A stretch of DNA of 64,000 nucleotides from NCBI RefSeq assembly GCF_016433145.1, contig NC_058132.1, forward strand, positions 139,323,714 to 139,387,713, written 5' to 3'. Shown piece by piece: positions 59,211 through 64,000 of the stretch; the stretch's first letter is position 1; the number at the start of each line of letters is the position of its first letter. The DNA is from Gracilinanus agilis. Its lineage: Eukaryota. The notes below the pieces were generated by a model. The model saw only the letters and a program-made list of their open reading frames with translations, was not told the origin of the DNA and searched no databases. A program made the position numbers and the translations under genes.

Positions 59211-61067
59211 AAGAATGTTGAACCAAATTTTATTGGGGGAGGGGACCTTCTAAATGGCCAATTCAAACATATAACTCTTAAATTACTAATGTTTTAACAT
59301 TTTCCATTGAGCTTATATATTTAGCTCTTGTTAATTTCTCATGTATAGGTTTCTGATATGAAGGTCATCTGGATGTAATCCTATGTGTTGTCTCATGTGA
59401 AATTTATTCTGCTAATATAAGTTGGCTAAGAATTGATACATGACTAAGTTACATTTGATTTTTATAAGTTTTTTTCAATTACAAGTAACAACTATTTTTG
59501 ACAATTTTTCTGACATTTGCCATTTAGATTTTCCCTCTCTTTCCTCCCCTTACCAAGTCGGTAAATCATCTGATAGAGGTATTACCAGTTGCATTTAGAA
59601 GAAATATCATTAGACAGTTATTTTAAAAAAAGAAATCTTCTACATTGCTTGGCAAGACTACTCACTATTTATACTTCCCTGGTTGCTTATAAAAGAGGAG
59701 TGAAGAATGTACTGAGCCTTTAGATTTTGGAAGGTCTCTGGGGTCTCAGGGATCCTTGTAGGGCTATCACAGCCTCACCTTGATCCTAGAATATCTTTAT
59801 AAGAATATTTAGAAATTTAGGGTGGGATGCCCAGGAGGAGCCTGGGTAACAGCAGTCAACCCCAGGATATGTCCTCTTCTCTTACTTACGTTCTCATTGG
59901 GCACTTTTATACTCTGGGCAATCCTGGCTCTTCTCTGCTGAATTGTTAACTTGATTCTAGGTACAGAGAAAAATGTTAGCCTATGAATAATAGGATTTAG
60001 ATCTGGAAGGAACTTTCAGGATGTAATCTAACCTCCTTATTTTACAGATTTGGCACTTAATGCTAAGAGAAGTACATCCTCCCAGGCACTCAGTGGCAGT
60101 GCTGGGATTTGAACTCAGGCACTTTTGAGTCTAAATCTGCTCCTCTTTCTGCTATTTTGCATTGCCTCTATGAAAACGTTTATTTTAAAACTAGTGCAAC
60201 AAAATGTGCAAAATAGTCATCGGCCAGTGCAACATGTTTAATCCTAGAGAGTTGACCTTGGAGCCAAGAAGACCTGGGTTCAAATTCTGTCTCTGCATTT
60301 GTGACAATAGAGTGCCACAAGCACTTAGCTGACACTCTAATTATAGAATGTTTATGGCTTTGCATGGGTCGAGGGAACTTTTATATTCTCTATTTTGATT
60401 AAGTCACACATCCAGACCAAAAAACTAAGGTCAATGTGACAGGAATTACTGATGACTAGTTTTGAGTCTGACATTTATTTGTAGCTATGGCAAGTCACAA
60501 CTTTTCCATTCTCACAAAATGATGATAATAACTGACTTGCACTATCCACCTCAAAGGACAATGATGAGGGAAGTGCTTCATCAACCTTAAAGCACTGTAT
60601 CAAAGTGACTGACATATTTATTTATTCTTACTCCTAAAACAGTGCCCTCAAGGTGGCCTAGATTCATCAGAAGGTACTGGAGTTTGGATGACATTCACAA
60701 CCAGCCACTCTCTTCTTGGCTAGAAGAGGATGATTGAAGAGGGTGGGAGCATACAGTGGGGAAAAGCAGCCAGGACAGATGGAACAGTCTCCTTATAGGA
60801 AAACTCATTTGATCATATGCTTTTGTACCATTTCTTGACTTCTTTTGTTCAACTCTTCACTAGAAATCTGAGTGGCGCACTTCTCCCTCCATACCTTCAT
60901 CTTCCATGCTATTGCTACACTAATGCACAAAATAAATAGGACCAGGCATCCAGGAGAAGAGTTGGGTTTTTTGTTTGCTTTGGATTTTTCCTTTTCAGAG
61001 GGAACTGAAAGTAAGTGGTATGGAGGATGCCTTGGGGTGGGGAGGGGGGAGGTATTTTGCTCTTTTT

Positions 61068-61261
61068 TTTTTTAATTTACATTTTTAAACCCTTAACTTC
61101 TGTGTATTGGCTGCTAGGTGGAAGAGTAGTAAGGGTGGGCAATGGGGGCCAAGTGACTTGCCCAGGGTCACACAGCTGGGAAGTGTCTGAGGTCGGATTT
61201 GAACCTAGGACCTCCCATCTCTAGGCCTGACTCTCAATCCACTGAGCTACCCAGCTGCCCC
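61068..61261 (-). mobile_element. SINE1_Mdo-like SINE with TSD
   Basis: 15-bp TSD TATTTTGCTCTTTTT at 61053-61067 and 61262-61276. Confidence 0.95.
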
Positions 61262-61679
61262 TATTTTGCTCTTTTTAAGTGGCCTATAAACCAAAAAGTT
61301 TTAGTAGAAGGAAAAATTGATGGAGTTTTTTTTCTTATTATTTTAAAGACTAGATGAAAGGAAAAGAAATGTCATAAAGGCAGGAGGGCTCATTAGATGA
61401 GAAGGAAAGAACAAACTGGGATAAAGGCAAAGATGTGCTGAAGAAGGCATGGTGAGGAGAATAAAGGAATTAAAATCATGAGTAGATAGATGAAGAAGAA
61501 GAAGAAAACCTAAAGTTCTGGAGAGATAAAGGAAAGACAAAGTGAAAGGTGAAGGAAAGGGATCGTGAGCCATTGGGGAATACAGTAGAAAACAAAAACA
61601 ATTGGGTATAAGGGTAAGTGGCCAAAAAGGTAAATAGGAGACAAGAATTCTACAAAGTTATGTTTAAGTGACTTTTTTT

Positions 61680-61930
61680 CATTATTTAGTCATTTTCAGT
61701 CATGTCCAACTCTTCATGACCTGTTTTGGGATTTTCTTGGCAAAGACAGTGGAGTAGTTTGCCATTTCCTTCTCTGGCTTATTTTACAGTTGCAGAAACT
61801 GGGGCAAACAGGGTTAAGTGACTTGCCCAGGGTCATAAGGCTAGTAAATTATCTGAGGTCAGATTTGAACTCAGGAAGACAGTCTTTCTAACTCTAGGCT
61901 AGGGACTCTATCCATTGTATCACTTAGCTC
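61680..61930 (-). mobile_element. MAR1-like CORE-SINE
   Basis: ttttcagtcatgtccaactcttcatgacc...tttgccatttccttctc plus CORE sequence. Confidence 0.8.
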
Positions 61931-63706
61931 CTTAAGTGACCCTACTTCAGATCAGCTCTTAATCTAATAATAAACACAGTGTTTTGTCATTTCTGAAAAT
62001 CTTCTTTTCTAAATATAATAATTAAAGTTGTTTTAAAAAATGTAAAACGTTCAGGCCAAAGGCATTGCATAGGTTAATTGTTTGAGAGCACTCATATTTC
62101 CAGACTATTAATAATTTCAAGTGGTCAGACTTTTTAAAAGAAAGAACTATCACTATATGATAAGATATACTGACTACAGTAATTTAGCATATCACTTCTC
62201 TAGAAAATAACTTTTATGATGGAAACATAATTCCTCCAATGGATATAAGCAGAAGAATGCTTGTAAAATCTTAGAAAGGCGCCTCAATTAAAATATTTAC
62301 TACCCAAAGGAGCCTTGAGAACATATTAAAATCATAGGAATCCAGTACAGAGAAGACCTGTTTGGTCAATAGGCATATTCCTCTGTTTAAGGAGGATTAC
62401 CCTCCAAAGTATGTGCAGCAAAAATCAATTGCATTTCAGCCTGTTAAATTTACAACAAAATTTAATCTGACAATAGAAAACACAATGGTCTAGTAGTGTT
62501 CAATGAGCCTTAAAATGTATGCAAACATAGCATTCAGGAAAGGATTTCCTGTGATGGATAGCTTTATTGCTGAGGGTTGGCAACCTAAAGCCCAAAGGTC
62601 AGAGGCTTTGAATATGTTATTTGTGGCAAAGATAGTAAGGTCTTTCTTAATTTGCCTCCATTCGTATCTATATTAAAGACATCTCCAATGGATAGGCTCA
62701 AGTACTACAGAAAGATCCCTTCTTGGTAGATTAAACAAATAAATATAGAGGAAAGAGAAAATGAAAAACAAGAACTTTATGATTCTCAGGTACCTAGTAA
62801 ATCTTTCCAATATGACTTCTTTTCTGAAAACAAAAATAAAGTCTCATCTTAGCATTACAAGGGATAGATCATAAAAACCTTTTAGCTGGAAAATTAGCAG
62901 AGAACTCAAATATAAAAGAAGGGCAAAGATAAACTTTTCTTCAGTCTTCTCTTCAGAATCTAAATGACAGTAATGTTAATGTGTGCTATAAATCAATATT
63001 GTTATGTATTTAGGATGTAATGTTTTAAACATCATCAAGAATTTTTAAACTGTTTTGAGTTGCTATAAAGCATCACAGCCCAGGAAGAATCAGACTGAAA
63101 AAAAATCTAAGGCAAGGAAATTTTAAATGAATCAGAAGATTGGCCAACGGACCAAGCATAGATTAGAATTCAGGTTTTCAGATTAACAAAATAGGAAATA
63201 GAGTACATAATCCCATCTCGGAAAAATAGAATTCAGGTTTTGGATTTCCAGTACCATGTTATACTGGCTGTCTAGCCACCTGGGGAAAGAAAGAACTAAT
63301 AAAATATTTCCCTTTTCTTCATTCTTTTTTTTCTTCCCAAGGGGACCCAGGAGGAATACAGAAAGCATATTCATGAAGTTTCAGGAACATGCTATCACTT
63401 TTCCCAAAGAAAGGAATAGCCCCAGAGAGCACTGTGAAAGGGACAACTGGGACAATGATAGGGTCCTAACCAAGTCCTGTCCTTACAGTTAATGTTATAA
63501 GATCACTTTGCTGCACGAGGTTAAGACTTTGAGATGGATAACCTTTGCCCAGAAAACATCGACACTCTAATATCTGTTAAAACCCAAAATTATATCAAGA
63601 AAATACCGGATAGTGTTTCCTTTATAGAATCAAAATTTGTCATTCTAAGTAATCTAGAAACCTAAAATCTAATAATAAAGCAATCAAACTTTCACTTGGA
63701 CTACTA

Positions 63707-63720
63707 TGTCTCTGTCTCTG

Positions 63721-63789
<69 letters not shown>

Positions 63790-63829
63790 CATATTTTATT
63801 ATCTCTCTCTTTATAGAGATATCATAGTA

Positions 63830-63863
<34 letters not shown>
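63707..63863. repeat. Compound (TCTCTG)n(TC)n(TA)n microsatellite
   Basis: Seen directly. Confidence 0.95.
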
Positions 63864-63867
<4 letters not shown>

Positions 63868-64000
63868 CTCACATAAATAACTATTCACTATTCAAATGAG
63901 GAGACACAAATGAATGTTTTTGACAGTCAGGACAATTATTATCATCTCCATTTTTCCTGATAAGGAAATCAACACTCAGATTAAGGGACCAGACTAATGT

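Larger units (their letters stand above)
49623..64000 (+). other. FLT1: FLT1 intron 1 (partial)
   Basis: Starts with GTAAGA. No exon-2-like sequence (SSSGSKLK..PELSL) found before the window ends. Confidence 0.85.

Noticed and set aside
63296-63380. Strong-looking 3' splice site (CTAAT branch, long pyrimidine tract, AAG at 63339-63341) as FLT1 exon 2
   Set aside because: Splicing from exon 1 gives GDPGGIQKAYS*, which stops early and has no similarity to FLT1 exon 2. At most a cryptic acceptor, with no transcript evidence.
1-64000. CRISPR array, operon or other novel multi-gene system
   Set aside because: This is mammalian intergenic and intronic DNA. All periodic repeats are microsatellites or transposon copies, and there is no repeat-spacer structure or gene cluster.

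Overview
Repeat-rich marsupial genomic DNA. The SINE1_Mdo-like, MAR1-like and RTE elements point to an opossum (didelphid). There are three N gaps. The only protein-coding segment I can support is exon 1 of FLT1 (VEGFR1) on the + strand, CDS 49559-49622, encoding the signal peptide MCGWMVTGAALSVLLGCLLLT-G. It sits in a CpG island with a CRE/ETS/TATA/EGR1 core promoter. The last ~14 kb is intron 1, and exon 2 is not recognisable in the window. The 49 kb upstream is intergenic: L1, L2, L3/CR1, RTE, SINEs, hAT MITEs, a probable solo LTR, and a second, gene-less CpG island at ~31.8-33.1 kb. I found no rRNA, tRNA or CRISPR features and no evidence of a new multi-gene system. The best leads are: (1) the block matching the human FLT1 proximal hypoxia element lacks its ACGTG core, while the distal CpG island carries an inverted TACGTG pair; (2) a decayed Ty3/Gypsy-like pol relic at 2.4-3.4 kb; (3) two AUG uORFs in the predicted FLT1 leader; (4) hAT MITEs with perfect target-site duplications (TSDs). 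Repeat family names and all comparisons with human sequence come from memory, not from searches.
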